In this document: positions 36,225 through 45,364 of the stretch, one piece after another | Numbering within the stretch: position 1 is the first letter of the stretch | How the letters are laid out: each line of letters starts with the position of its first letter | Source of the DNA: an uncultured Clostridia bacterium | Lineage (GTDB): Bacteria; Bacillota; Clostridia; Christensenellales; UBA1242 | DNA: 55,107 bases | Assembly: GCA_944377435.1 (NCBI GenBank) | Contig: CALWEY010000052.1 | Coordinates: 1-55,107 of the forward strand | Direction: 5' to 3' | Notes under the pieces: generated by a model | The model's input: the letters and a program-made list of their open reading frames with translations, nothing else | Told to the model about the DNA's origin: nothing | Database searches by the model: none | Translations under genes and position numbers: made by a program

Positions 36225-36338
36225 TACAAGATTGTCGAAAAAGAAGCGATGACCATAGTTAAAATTTTGTGCTCTACAACATATAGAAAACTTGAAAAAT
36301 TTATTACATTATATTGAAAAAATAAAAAAATGTTTATT

Positions 36339-36371
36339 AAAAAAAACAAGACTGCATGTCTTGTTTTTTTT
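36339..36371. terminator. Intrinsic terminator downstream of mscS, isolating it from the next operon
   Basis: AACAAGAC-tgcat-GTCTTGTT, flanked by A- and T-runs. Confidence 0.75.
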
Positions 36372-37422
36372 ATTTTTTTGAATTTTTCTTTTCTAATTTT
36401 GCTTTCTTTTCGTTGGCTTTTGTTTCTTTTAGTTTTTGCTTTTCTTGTTTATGTATAAGTTTTTTCTCTTTAGTTTTTTTAGATAGTTTATAAAGCATTA
36501 TGTCTATTGCATCGCCAGAAATATTTTCAACTGGTTTTACAGCAAGTTCTTCATTTCTCTTTTCCATAGGTGCCTTGTTGTATGGCATTTCTACTATATC
36601 GTTTCTGAGCCTTACTTCCATTTGGTCAAATGGAATAGAAATGTTGTTTCGTTTAAATTCGTTAAATACATTTTCCATAACAAAATAATAAACATCCCAA
36701 TAATCATTAGATAAACACCAACAATTTGCTGTAAATGTTATTGCACTAGAATCTAATGTTTTTAATGCGCAAAATGGGGCAGGATCTAAAAGAACCTTGT
36801 TGCAATTTTTCATTACATCTAAAACAATTTTCTTTACTTGCTCAACATCGCTTGCATAATCTACACCAAAGCTAAAAACTACTTTTCTTGTGGTATTAGC
36901 ACTATAATTTATAAGTGAACTTTCTACCACTTTTGAATTTGGTATGCTGATTACCTTGTTGTCTGTTGTTGCAATAATTGTGTGAAGCATTTTTATTTCT
37001 TTAACAGTTCCTTCAATGCTGTCTATTGCAATGTAGTCGCCTTCTTTAAATGGGTGAGTGCCGATAATTACAACTCCGTTAGCAAGGTTAGACAAACTTC
37101 CTTGCATTGCAAGAGAAATTGCAAGACCTGCTGCCGATAGTATTGCAATGAATCCTGTTATTGGTATTCCAACAAACTGACAAATTCCAAGAAGCAATAA
37201 CATATACAAACAAAATTTTAAAACGCTAAGCAAAAATTTGTATGTAACTTTTGACATTTTAGATTTTGCAAAAATTTTTTTAAGAAGCCCTATTACAATT
37301 TTTATAACAATATATCCAGCTATAAAAATGCCAATAACTTCTAATAATTTAATGCCAACAGTTTTTATAATATCAAGTGTCTGTTGACCAAGTGCTTGCC
37401 AATCAACTAATAAATTATTCAT
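36370..37422 (-). CDS. mscS: Small-conductance mechanosensitive channel (MscS family)
   Basis: Three TM helices, then the conserved beta-domain block PFKEGDYIAIDSIEGTVKEIKMLHTIIATTDNKVISIPNSKV. The tail is Lys-rich. Confidence 0.85.
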   Translation of the reverse strand: MNNLLVDWQALGQQTLDIIKTVGIKLLEVIGIFIAGYIVIKIVIGLLKKIFAKSKMSKVTYKFLLSVLKFCLYMLLLLGICQFVGIPITGFIAILSAAGLAISLAMQGSLSNLANGVVIIGTHPFKEGDYIAIDSIEGTVKEIKMLHTIIATTDNKVISIPNSKVVESSLINYSANTTRKVVFSFGVDYASDVEQVKKIVLDVMKNCNKVLLDPAPFCALKTLDSSAITFTANCWCLSNDYWDVYYFVMENVFNEFKRNNISIPFDQMEVRLRNDIVEMPYNKAPMEKRNEELAVKPVENISGDAIDIMLYKLSKKTKEKKLIHKQEKQKLKETKANEKKAKLEKKNSKK

Positions 37423-37505
37423 TTTTTCTCCTTTGTTAGTTTTTGTTTTTTAATTAAAAATATTTTAAATGTGTTACAAAAAAATGTCAAACAAACTAAT
37501 TATAC

Positions 37506-37536
37506 AAAAAAAATCACCACAGTGGTGGTGATTTTT
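37506..37536 (-). terminator. Intrinsic terminator after nrdG
   Basis: ATCACCAC-agtg-GTGGTGAT. On the minus strand it is followed by T8. Confidence 0.75.
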
Positions 37537-38023
37537 ATTCAAATAATACAATTTTATTTTCTTTTAATGTTTTTTTAACATCAATAACTCTTTGGTTGGT
37601 ACTTCCAACCCAATGAGCTTTTACATCTCTTTTGTCAAGTTCAAATTTTCCATCGCAAAGAACATCTATGTATTTAAGAATTTCTAAATTTTTTATATCT
37701 TCAAAGTTGTATCCTGTGTAAAGCCATATTGTTTTTTGTGGGAATTTTTGTTTTATTTCTTTTGCTAAACTTGTTATAGTTTGTATATTGTCTTTATAAA
37801 GTGGGTCGCCACCGGAAAATGTAATTCCACTAACATAGTCTTTTTTAAGTTCGTCAAAAATTTCATTTTTAGCACTTTCGTCAAATTCTAGTCCACCATT
37901 AGGGTCCCAAGTTATTGGATTATGACAACCTTTGCAGTGATGGGAGCAACCAGCTACCCATAAAACTACCCTAAGGCCTTCGCCGTTTAGCATATCATCT
38001 TTTGTTATGTTGTGATAATTCAT
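37535..38023 (-). CDS. nrdG: Anaerobic ribonucleoside-triphosphate reductase activating protein
   Basis: CSHHCKGCHN radical-SAM cluster near the N-terminus, 162 aa, lying 1 nt after nrdD. Confidence 0.9.
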   Translation of the reverse strand: MNYHNITKDDMLNGEGLRVVLWVAGCSHHCKGCHNPITWDPNGGLEFDESAKNEIFDELKKDYVSGITFSGGDPLYKDNIQTITSLAKEIKQKFPQKTIWLYTGYNFEDIKNLEILKYIDVLCDGKFELDKRDVKAHWVGSTNQRVIDVKKTLKENKIVLFE

Positions 38024-38024
38024 A

Positions 38025-40145
38025 TTACATACTCCGTCTATCTTTTATTTCTGCCATTTTTGCACTGTTTAATCTTGTGTCGCCTTTAACTCTGCTATAT
38101 GCAAGGTATCCGTTCATACGGTCAATTTTTGTAAGGTTTTTGCTTCCACATTTTGGACAAACATCCATATCTAATTGACTATATCCACAATCATCACAGT
38201 ACGAAAGGGAAAGGTTTACACCTTCGTAAAAACCTAGGTCCATTGCTCTTTTTACAAGAGTTTTAAATGCTTGTTTGTTGTAATCTATTGGATAACGAAC
38301 ATATTGAATTTTTCCACCATTGCACAAATTCCAGAATCTTCCTTCTTTGTCTTGCTTTTCAATTGGAGAAATCTCTTCTTTAACATGACAATGGAAACTG
38401 TTTGAAACATATTCTCTGTCGGATACATTTGGTATTATTCCGTAAAGTCTTCTAAATTGTTTAACTTGAAGTCCGCACAAATTTTCGGCAGGTGTTCCAT
38501 ATATTGCATATAGTTTGCCGTCTTTTTCTTTAAACTCATTTACTTTTTTGTTTATGTAATCTAGCACTTCCAGTGCAAATTGTCCGTCTTCAACAAGTGA
38601 TTTTTTATTATAAAGTTCTTGAAGTTCGTTTAATGCCGTTATGCCAAATGATGCTGTCGCTGTTTTAAGAAGTGGCTCAATTTTATCGTTTGGCTTTAAA
38701 TGTCCACCTAAGAAGCCACCTTCACAATAGGCGAGTGGGTTGGTTGATGCTCTAAGTTGTCCAAGGTATTCATAGGTTCTAAGATGTAGGTTTCTAATCA
38801 TTTCAAGATAATAATCTAAAACTTCATAAAAATCTCTATTTTCTTTTCTTGCTTTTGCTAAAATCATAGGCAAGTGCAATGATATAGCTCCAACATTAAA
38901 TCTTCCAACAAAAATTGGTTCATCGTTTTCGTCTGCAGGTTTCATTCCGCCACGCTTATACCAAGGAGATAAAAATGCACGACAACCCATTGGACTAATT
39001 GCTTTTTTATATTTTTTATATATGCTTGGAACATATCCTTCGCCAGTTAAACTTAACCAGTCAGGATACATTGTTTTTGAAGAGCATTCTATTCCTGCTT
39101 CAAAAACATCGTGACATGGTCCGTTTTCGCCATGTAGTGCCTCATCATATAAGAATATAATTTTGGGGAAAAGAACAGGTTTTTTGCATTCTTTTTTGCC
39201 TTGTCCATTTTTTCTAACTTCTAAGAGAGTTTTTGTTGCCATTTTGCCAAATAGGTCGGTGCTAAGTCCACATGTTGTTGCAATAAAAGGATAATCTCCA
39301 CGAGAAGATGCAACTGTGTTAAATTTGTATTCCCAACCTTGAAATCCTTGTTTGTATTCATATTGAACATCGTTTAGCGCTTCTCTTTTGCAAACTTCAT
39401 CACTAAGTCCAAGACTTTTATATTTTGCGTATTTTAAATCGTATGTTTTTTGTGCGTATTTTGAAAGTATTTTATCACATTCGGGAATTGTAAAACCACC
39501 ATATTGTTGACTTGCAGCGGACAATACAATATCTCCAATTACATCAAAAGCTGTATCAAGTGTTTTAGGTTCGTTGTACCAGATGTTTCCCATTTCAAAG
39601 CCACCCGTTAAAACCTCTTCAACATTAAACAAACAACAGTTCATTGTATCTCGTCTTGCAGACATATCGTGAATGTATATGTATCCATCATTTATTGCTT
39701 GAATTTCATTTTTATTTAAGAAGAATTTTTTGTAAAGTTCTTTGTTTAACTGATTAAAAATTAAACTTCTTTTTGTTGAAACTAAACTGCTGTCAGAATT
39801 TGCGTTTTCTTTGTCTCCGATGTACATAATTGATTGACTTTTTTGATAAATGTCATCAAGCATTGCAACAAAATCTTGTTTGTAATCTCTGTAATCTTTA
39901 TAACTTTTTGCAACTTTTGGGAAATATGTTTCAAGTGCTTCTTCAACAATGCTATGCATAGTTTTAATTGGCACTTTGTCGGTGTGCAAATTTTCAACAT
40001 TTGCGTTTACTCTTGCACATATCTTGTCTAAATCTTCTTTTGAAAAGGTAACAAGAACCCTTTCTGCTGATTTAGAAATGGCTTTTACAACCTTGTTGAT
40101 ATCATAATCTTCTAAACTACCATCTTTTTTTATAACTTGTACCAT
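38025..40145 (-). CDS. nrdD: Anaerobic ribonucleoside-triphosphate reductase
   Basis: N-terminal ATP-cone (VIKKDGSLEDYDINKV), C-terminal Zn site CDDCGY...CPKCGS and glycyl-radical motif RMNGYLAY. The start at ATG 40145 has SD AAGGAGG. The track ORF start at 40202 is an extension. Confidence 0.95.
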   Translation of the reverse strand: MVQVIKKDGSLEDYDINKVVKAISKSAERVLVTFSKEDLDKICARVNANVENLHTDKVPIKTMHSIVEEALETYFPKVAKSYKDYRDYKQDFVAMLDDIYQKSQSIMYIGDKENANSDSSLVSTKRSLIFNQLNKELYKKFFLNKNEIQAINDGYIYIHDMSARRDTMNCCLFNVEEVLTGGFEMGNIWYNEPKTLDTAFDVIGDIVLSAASQQYGGFTIPECDKILSKYAQKTYDLKYAKYKSLGLSDEVCKREALNDVQYEYKQGFQGWEYKFNTVASSRGDYPFIATTCGLSTDLFGKMATKTLLEVRKNGQGKKECKKPVLFPKIIFLYDEALHGENGPCHDVFEAGIECSSKTMYPDWLSLTGEGYVPSIYKKYKKAISPMGCRAFLSPWYKRGGMKPADENDEPIFVGRFNVGAISLHLPMILAKARKENRDFYEVLDYYLEMIRNLHLRTYEYLGQLRASTNPLAYCEGGFLGGHLKPNDKIEPLLKTATASFGITALNELQELYNKKSLVEDGQFALEVLDYINKKVNEFKEKDGKLYAIYGTPAENLCGLQVKQFRRLYGIIPNVSDREYVSNSFHCHVKEEISPIEKQDKEGRFWNLCNGGKIQYVRYPIDYNKQAFKTLVKRAMDLGFYEGVNLSLSYCDDCGYSQLDMDVCPKCGSKNLTKIDRMNGYLAYSRVKGDTRLNSAKMAEIKDRRSM

Positions 40146-40167
40146 ATATTGTCCTCCTTGATAACAA

Positions 40168-40215
40168 TTACAACATATTGTGGTTTTAATTATTTTTGAC
40201 ACCTATATATTGCGA
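40168..40215. promoter_or_regulatory. Pair of NrdR-box-like palindromes upstream of nrdD
   Basis: On the minus strand: CCACAATATGTTGTAA (40183-40168, 12/16 to acaCwAtATaTwGtgt) and TCGCAATATATAGGTG (40215-40200, 11/16). The centre-to-centre distance is 32 bp, the spacing expected for tandem NrdR boxes. Confidence 0.45.
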
Positions 40216-40400
40216 TTATGAAATAAAGCATATCACATTAATATTTTTTTGTACAATAAAAAATGCAAACTTTAACAAATATTTTTTTTATAAAAAAGTG
40301 AGGTAGCAGTTTTAAAAACAATGTGGTTATAAAAACAAAACTACACAAAAAATTTGTCAAAAAAAACATAAAATGATACACTCTTCGCAAGGAGAAAAAT

Positions 40401-40721
40401 ATGTTAAGTGAAGAGGAAAGATTAAAAGTTTATGATAAAGCCACAGAACTTTGGGGGCTTGTTGCTCAATATGATCAATGTGTTGAAGAGATGGGAGAGT
40501 TGATTGTTGCAATAAACAAATATAAAAGAAAAGTTCTTTATAAAGAATATAAAGGTGATAACAAAATTGTTGAAAATTTAGTTGAAGAAATTGCCGATGT
40601 AAGTATTTGTTTAGAACAAATGCGACACTTTTTTAAAGATTATAACATTGATGAAGTTATAGAGAAAAAAATGCAGAAATTTTTAGGACAAATAAAAGAA
40701 ATGGAAAAAGAGCAAAAATAA
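40401..40721 (+). CDS. MazG-like all-alpha nucleotide pyrophosphohydrolase (small)
   Basis: EEMGELIVAINKYKR and EEIADVSICLEQM correspond to the paired EExxE/D metal-binding helices of the MazG/YpjD-type fold. 106 aa. Confidence 0.7.
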   Translation: MLSEEERLKVYDKATELWGLVAQYDQCVEEMGELIVAINKYKRKVLYKEYKGDNKIVENLVEEIADVSICLEQMRHFFKDYNIDEVIEKKMQKFLGQIKEMEKEQK

Positions 40722-40820
40722 GTTAATAATTTTTTTAAAATGATATATAATAAAATAAGTCTTGCAAGTGTTTAAAATAAGGTTAATATGTCAGCAACTT
40801 TTTACACATTGTTTAGATAT

Positions 40821-40851
40821 AAAAAAAGAACACAGGAAAGTGTTCTTTTTT
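40821..40851. terminator. Bidirectional terminator between the mazG-like and rel-like genes
   Basis: AGAACAC-aggaaa-GTGTTCT, flanked by A7 and T6. Confidence 0.75.
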
Positions 40852-42316
40852 AATTGTATTTTTTTTCAAAATATTTTATTAAAACTCTTTGTGTGTTTTC
40901 GTTTTTGCAATAGGCAAGCCATCTGAGTTCGGCGATATTTACATTTAGTCCATTTTTATCAAGTTCGCAAACAACTTCAACTTTATCGCCGTTGTTAAGT
41001 CTTGTGTATATTGGAGATTTATTAGGGGAATCGTTAATAAAAGCATATTTACAACTAAAACCAATATCATTATGAAGTTTAAAGGCAAAATCAAGCACTG
41101 TGCTATGTGATGGTATTTTAATTTTTTGTTTTGTAGGAGTTAAAACTGTTATATAGTTTGTAACAACTCCACTTGCCATTGTTTCGTCAATTATGTCTAC
41201 ATCTGTTCCAACAATTGTGCCGTTTTGTATTTCGGTAAAATGAGGTCTAGACATACATGCAATACTGAATAAATTTCTTATGTTGTCTTTTACAACTAAA
41301 TAACTATTGTTAAAGGTGTCGTAACTTAAATTTATTGCTTTTAATTTTTGTGATAAGTTGGTGTTAATAAGCATGTCGTAAAGAAGCTCCATATAATTTT
41401 TGGTTTGCTCTTTTTCATTAAGAACAATGTATATGTTATAAGTTGGAACACTTATGAAATTGCTTTCTTTAATTTTTGTAAGTTTGCTTATTTCAAAGTG
41501 TGATGTTATGCTGTTGTAAATTTCTAGTTGTGTTTTTGGTTCTATTATAACCTTATACAAAGATATATTAGCTTTTAGTGATTTAAGATATACATCAACT
41601 TCTCTTTCAATTTCTTCTTTTAGTTGCATTAAATAGTTTTTAGTGTTTTTAATGTATCTATTGTAAAAGTATATAAAATCTTTATTTTCTTCTTCTGTTG
41701 AAATTAAAAAACATTCGTTTCTTATGTTGTCATAAAAATATTTAGTCTTTAAAAGTTTTGCAAGTGGTATTATCCATTTTCTTGTTTCGTTTACTTTTGC
41801 TTCTTTTTTGTATTTAGGAAAAATTCCAATTGTTTGCAAATTATTTAATCGGTCGGCGAATTTTATATAAAATCCAAACTTATTATTTTTTCCAATTGAA
41901 ATTAGTTTTTGATATGTCCTGTCTTCCATTGCTTGTTTTAAAAAGTCATCTGTGTTTGAAAAAAGGTTTTCATTATCGGGCATAAAATTTTCTTTTGTTA
42001 TTGCTGTAACTGCATCGACAATTTCTGCAATTTGTTTATTAAATGTTTTTTCTATTTCTTTTATGGTAACTCCGCAATCTTCTACTGTATCGTGTAGTAG
42101 GGCACTACAAATTACATCGGTGTTAAAATCAAGATGCTCTAAAATATAGGCAACTTGAACAGGGTGCAAAATATAGGGCTCGCCACTTTTTCTAAATTGA
42201 TTTTCATGTTTTTGTTTTGCAAAGTTATAGGCTTTGATTACATTTGAAATATCTAAACTGTTTTTTTGTCGTAAGTTGTTTAGAATTTCGTTAAATATTG
42301 TTTCATAATTATTCAT
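40850..42316 (-). CDS. RelA/SpoT homolog with an intact HD (p)ppGpp hydrolase domain, a degenerate synthetase-like region and a TGS domain, but no ACT/RRM C-terminus
   Basis: HD motifs are present: RKSGEPYILHP, LLHDTVED, KFADRLNNLQT. TGS domain: ITVLTPTKQKIKIPSHSTVLDFAFKLHNDIGFSCKYAFIN...LNNGDKVEVV. The synthetase signatures (RxKxxxSxxxK, DYIxxPKxNGYxSxH, EVQIRT) are not conserved. The start at ATG 42316 overlaps the upstream stop (ATGAATAA). Confidence 0.8.
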   Translation of the reverse strand: MNNYETIFNEILNNLRQKNSLDISNVIKAYNFAKQKHENQFRKSGEPYILHPVQVAYILEHLDFNTDVICSALLHDTVEDCGVTIKEIEKTFNKQIAEIVDAVTAITKENFMPDNENLFSNTDDFLKQAMEDRTYQKLISIGKNNKFGFYIKFADRLNNLQTIGIFPKYKKEAKVNETRKWIIPLAKLLKTKYFYDNIRNECFLISTEEENKDFIYFYNRYIKNTKNYLMQLKEEIEREVDVYLKSLKANISLYKVIIEPKTQLEIYNSITSHFEISKLTKIKESNFISVPTYNIYIVLNEKEQTKNYMELLYDMLINTNLSQKLKAINLSYDTFNNSYLVVKDNIRNLFSIACMSRPHFTEIQNGTIVGTDVDIIDETMASGVVTNYITVLTPTKQKIKIPSHSTVLDFAFKLHNDIGFSCKYAFINDSPNKSPIYTRLNNGDKVEVVCELDKNGLNVNIAELRWLAYCKNENTQRVLIKYFEKKYN

Positions 42317-43283
42317 AGTCGGCGTCCTTAATAAGTCTATAATAGTTATCGTCTTCCATGTTGCTAACTTTTGCAAATCTAAACATGTTGGAATCCACGG
42401 CGTCGCTAATTATGTTTTGAACGCTATCTTCCACAATTCGTTTTTGTTGAAACTCGTTAAGTCCCGATTTTGTTGGGCTTAAATATAGTCGTTTAATTAA
42501 ATTTATTAAATCTGTAATTTCGTTTTTTACATTTACTTCTGCAATATCTAAGGCTAAAAGGTTATAAATTTCCCCGTCTGGAATGTTAAAGGCTATGCTT
42601 GAAAATATAATATATTGAATACAAGGAACATGTTCTCTGCCACGGGAGATAGAGTTTACTGTTCCTAGTCCGCCAATATATTTTTTATTAGATGGTGGAT
42701 TGTTTAAAATTATTAAACATTTATCGTTGTTATTTTTTAAACTTACAAAAATTTGTGTTTGGTTTTGTTCTAAATTTCCCCAATAGTAGTTTTCAAACTG
42801 TGTATAAAATTCATTTATTTTTTGAATATCTCCATCATAAGAGTTTAATGTTTTTAAATATTCTTCGGCTTTTTCTCTTGGAACCATAAAAAGTCCATAA
42901 GACTTTAACCCCCTTGGAGATGAAAAATCAACATCGTTTACAACCGAAATAATTCCAAAGGTCAAAATGTCATAGTTATAACTTCCAACTTTTCCTTTAT
43001 ATGCGCTGGAATTGTAGTAATATACAATATAATTTCCAATAAATTTTGTGTAGTTTTCGTTGTTTGAAATGTTTAAACTGTTTTTGTCGATTTCAGAAAC
43101 TAAAAATTGGTCGATGTCAATTTTATATGCCTTTTTTAATTGTAATAAAAATATTATTGACGGCATGCTTTTTCCGCTTAAATAATTTGCAATGCTACTT
43201 GCGGAAAAACCTGTTTTTTCTGCTACATCTTTTTGCGTATAAAGGTCTGTTAAATATTTTAAATTTTTTATAAATGTTTCCAT
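42309..43283 (-). CDS. XRE-family HTH protein with a roughly 250-aa uncharacterised C-terminal domain
   Basis: The N-terminus YTQKDVAEKTGFSASSIANYLSGKSMPSIIFLLQLKKAYKIDIDQFL is a classic HTH_3. I do not recognise the rest. SD AAGGAGG. Confidence 0.7.
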   Translation of the reverse strand: METFIKNLKYLTDLYTQKDVAEKTGFSASSIANYLSGKSMPSIIFLLQLKKAYKIDIDQFLVSEIDKNSLNISNNENYTKFIGNYIVYYYNSSAYKGKVGSYNYDILTFGIISVVNDVDFSSPRGLKSYGLFMVPREKAEEYLKTLNSYDGDIQKINEFYTQFENYYWGNLEQNQTQIFVSLKNNNDKCLIILNNPPSNKKYIGGLGTVNSISRGREHVPCIQYIIFSSIAFNIPDGEIYNLLALDIAEVNVKNEITDLINLIKRLYLSPTKSGLNEFQQKRIVEDSVQNIISDAVDSNMFRFAKVSNMEDDNYYRLIKDADYE

Positions 43284-43406
43284 AAAACCTCCTTATGAAA
43301 ACATTCTATACAAAAAATAATTAAAAATCAACAATATTATAATAAAAAAGCATATTATTATAAATAACAAAATTGATTTTACTGATGTTTGATTTATAAT
43401 AATAAA

Positions 43407-44333
43407 TTAAATTTCGTTTATTTCACTAATTTTGTCGTTAAGCATAGTTATTTCATAATCTTTTGCGTCTTGGCTATAGTACAGCGTGTAACAAAGTGGA
43501 GAAAATGATAAAATGCCTATTTTTTCAAAATTTCCAAAATAATTTGAAAGTTGTTCTTCCGTTAAATTTTCTTTTAAATTTGAATCTAAATATGTTTTTG
43601 CAAGATTGAAATCTTGCACTTTTATTGCTTCAAAAAAATTATAGGGAACAAGCAGTTTGTTTTTTGCATTTTTAATTTGTGGATTTTGAGTGTAAAGCGA
43701 GTTGTCCTTTATTGTGATATCGGCTTCTTGAACAAAGGAACAAACTTTAATATGCTTTGCCATGTCGTCTATATTTTGCTGTGTTTTTATATTATTTCCA
43801 TCAATTTCTATTTTGTCACCATCAACCTGACTAAATACATTATTTGAAACATTAAAAACAACAAGGGTTTTTCCGTTTTTATGATTACATAAAATATTGA
43901 TGTTATTTTCCACAACGAAACTTGATGCGCTTAATATATTGGTTTCGTAAACATATTCACCTTTTGATGAAAATATTTTTATTCTGTCTTCATAACAACT
44001 TATTGTGTATTTAATATTTTTAATTGTATGAGATGCGGTATAAACAACAATATTTGATGCAATTAAAAACGGATTTATAAAAAGTTCGGTTCTATTTTTA
44101 AAATTGTACATTTTAACACACGCACTTTGTGTTTTTATATTTGAGTTTTCACTTTCAAGATTTATGCAATAGGGAATGGATAAATGAGATTGGTTAATTG
44201 GATATACTTTTATTAACAAATTGTTTTTTTCGCAATTTAAAATTTCAACATAATTTGTTTGTTCTAAAAAGTAGTTTTGATTTTCTATCTCTAAAAGGAA
44301 ACTTTTATTTGAATATATTTTTAAATCTTTCAT
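43407..44333 (-). CDS. Hypothetical protein (308 aa)
   Basis: A clean ORF rich in N/I/K. I recognise no motif. Confidence 0.6.
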   Translation of the reverse strand: MKDLKIYSNKSFLLEIENQNYFLEQTNYVEILNCEKNNLLIKVYPINQSHLSIPYCINLESENSNIKTQSACVKMYNFKNRTELFINPFLIASNIVVYTASHTIKNIKYTISCYEDRIKIFSSKGEYVYETNILSASSFVVENNINILCNHKNGKTLVVFNVSNNVFSQVDGDKIEIDGNNIKTQQNIDDMAKHIKVCSFVQEADITIKDNSLYTQNPQIKNAKNKLLVPYNFFEAIKVQDFNLAKTYLDSNLKENLTEEQLSNYFGNFEKIGILSFSPLCYTLYYSQDAKDYEITMLNDKISEINEI

Positions 44334-44437
44334 GCTGTATTATATGAGATAAATATAACGAAAATACTTTATTGTTTTTCTATTTATTGTTTAATAAATT
44401 TTTTTTTGTCAATACTTACCAAGAAAAAGGAGATAAT

Positions 44438-45277
44438 ATGAAAGAATATTCAAAATGGAAAGATGATGAAGTTATTAAACTTTTCAAATTTATAGAAACT
44501 GGGAAAAAAGAAAACAAATGTTTGTCAGCACTTTTTAGTGAGTTTGCTTCAATGACAAATAGAATGCCAAACAGTGTAAGGAATTATTACTATGCAGAGT
44601 TAAATTGTTTGCAAAACGACAAAGCAAGGCAAAAAAGATTAAATATTGATTTAACTCTTCATCAAAAGGTTGACCAAAAAGAATTTTCAAATGAAGAAAC
44701 AAAAGAACTTGTTTTAAATATATTAAAACAAACATCAAAAGGATTGTCAGTAAGAAAAGCGTGTTTAAATTTAGCTGACGGCGATATAAACAAAATGGTA
44801 AGATTTCAAAACAAATTTAGGACAGTTGTTTTAAAAGATAAAAATTTGTACGAGAGTTGCATAAATGAATTAAAAAATAAGGGGGTAAGTGTGAAAACTA
44901 AATTGCCAAATAATGTAATTAGCATGCCAGACAGAAGAAATATATTAACCGAAAGTGATATAAACAGTTTGTTTTTAGGGCTTGTGAAACTAGTGAAAAA
45001 ACAAGCGACAATGCAAGCCAGCACAAACTTAAAACAAGAATGTGAAAGGGCAAATCAGGCACTTAGGAAAACACTTGTTGAACTAAGTGAAAAAGATAAC
45101 GAGTTAAAAATGCTTAGAAAGCAATTTAAAGTATTAAATATGCAAAATTCTAAACTTGTTGAAGAAGTAAAACAGCTTAGGGGTAAGAACGCTGAACTTT
45201 TAACAAAGCAAAATAAACTCTCTGCACTTAAAAAATTTACTCAAAGATATGAGAATAAAATGAATGAAATCAATTAG
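44438..45277 (+). CDS. Myb/SANT-like DNA-binding protein with a C-terminal coiled coil, RsfA-like
   Basis: SD AAGGAG lies before ATG 44438. W-x2-DE..(L)..G...LSALFSEFA....R..NSVRNYYY resembles the RsfA (prespore regulator) Myb-like domain. The C-terminal heptad-rich region resembles RsfA. Confidence 0.45.
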   Translation: MKEYSKWKDDEVIKLFKFIETGKKENKCLSALFSEFASMTNRMPNSVRNYYYAELNCLQNDKARQKRLNIDLTLHQKVDQKEFSNEETKELVLNILKQTSKGLSVRKACLNLADGDINKMVRFQNKFRTVVLKDKNLYESCINELKNKGVSVKTKLPNNVISMPDRRNILTESDINSLFLGLVKLVKKQATMQASTNLKQECERANQALRKTLVELSEKDNELKMLRKQFKVLNMQNSKLVEEVKQLRGKNAELLTKQNKLSALKKFTQRYENKMNEIN

Positions 45278-45298
45278 TTTAATTCATTCATAAAATAG

Positions 45299-45328
45299 TT
45301 GACTAAAATTATAGATGTTTGATAATAT
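45299..45328 (+). promoter_or_regulatory. Sigma-A-type promoter for the secreted protein gene
   Basis: TTGACT (45299-45304), an 18-nt spacer ending in TGA, then TAATAT (45323-45328). Confidence 0.55.
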
Positions 45329-45364
45329 ATAAATGAATTATATTTATAAATTCAAGAGGAAGAA

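Noticed and set aside
28143-37536. Shared repeat family between the hup terminator (AAAAAAATCACCGCAAATGTGGTGATTTTTTTT) and the nrdG terminator (AAAAAAAATCACCACAGTGGTGGTGATTTTT)
   Set aside because: The similarity is limited to the ATCACC/GGTGAT stem and the A/T runs. This is most simply convergent terminator architecture and is too short to call a dispersed repeat without a genome-wide count.
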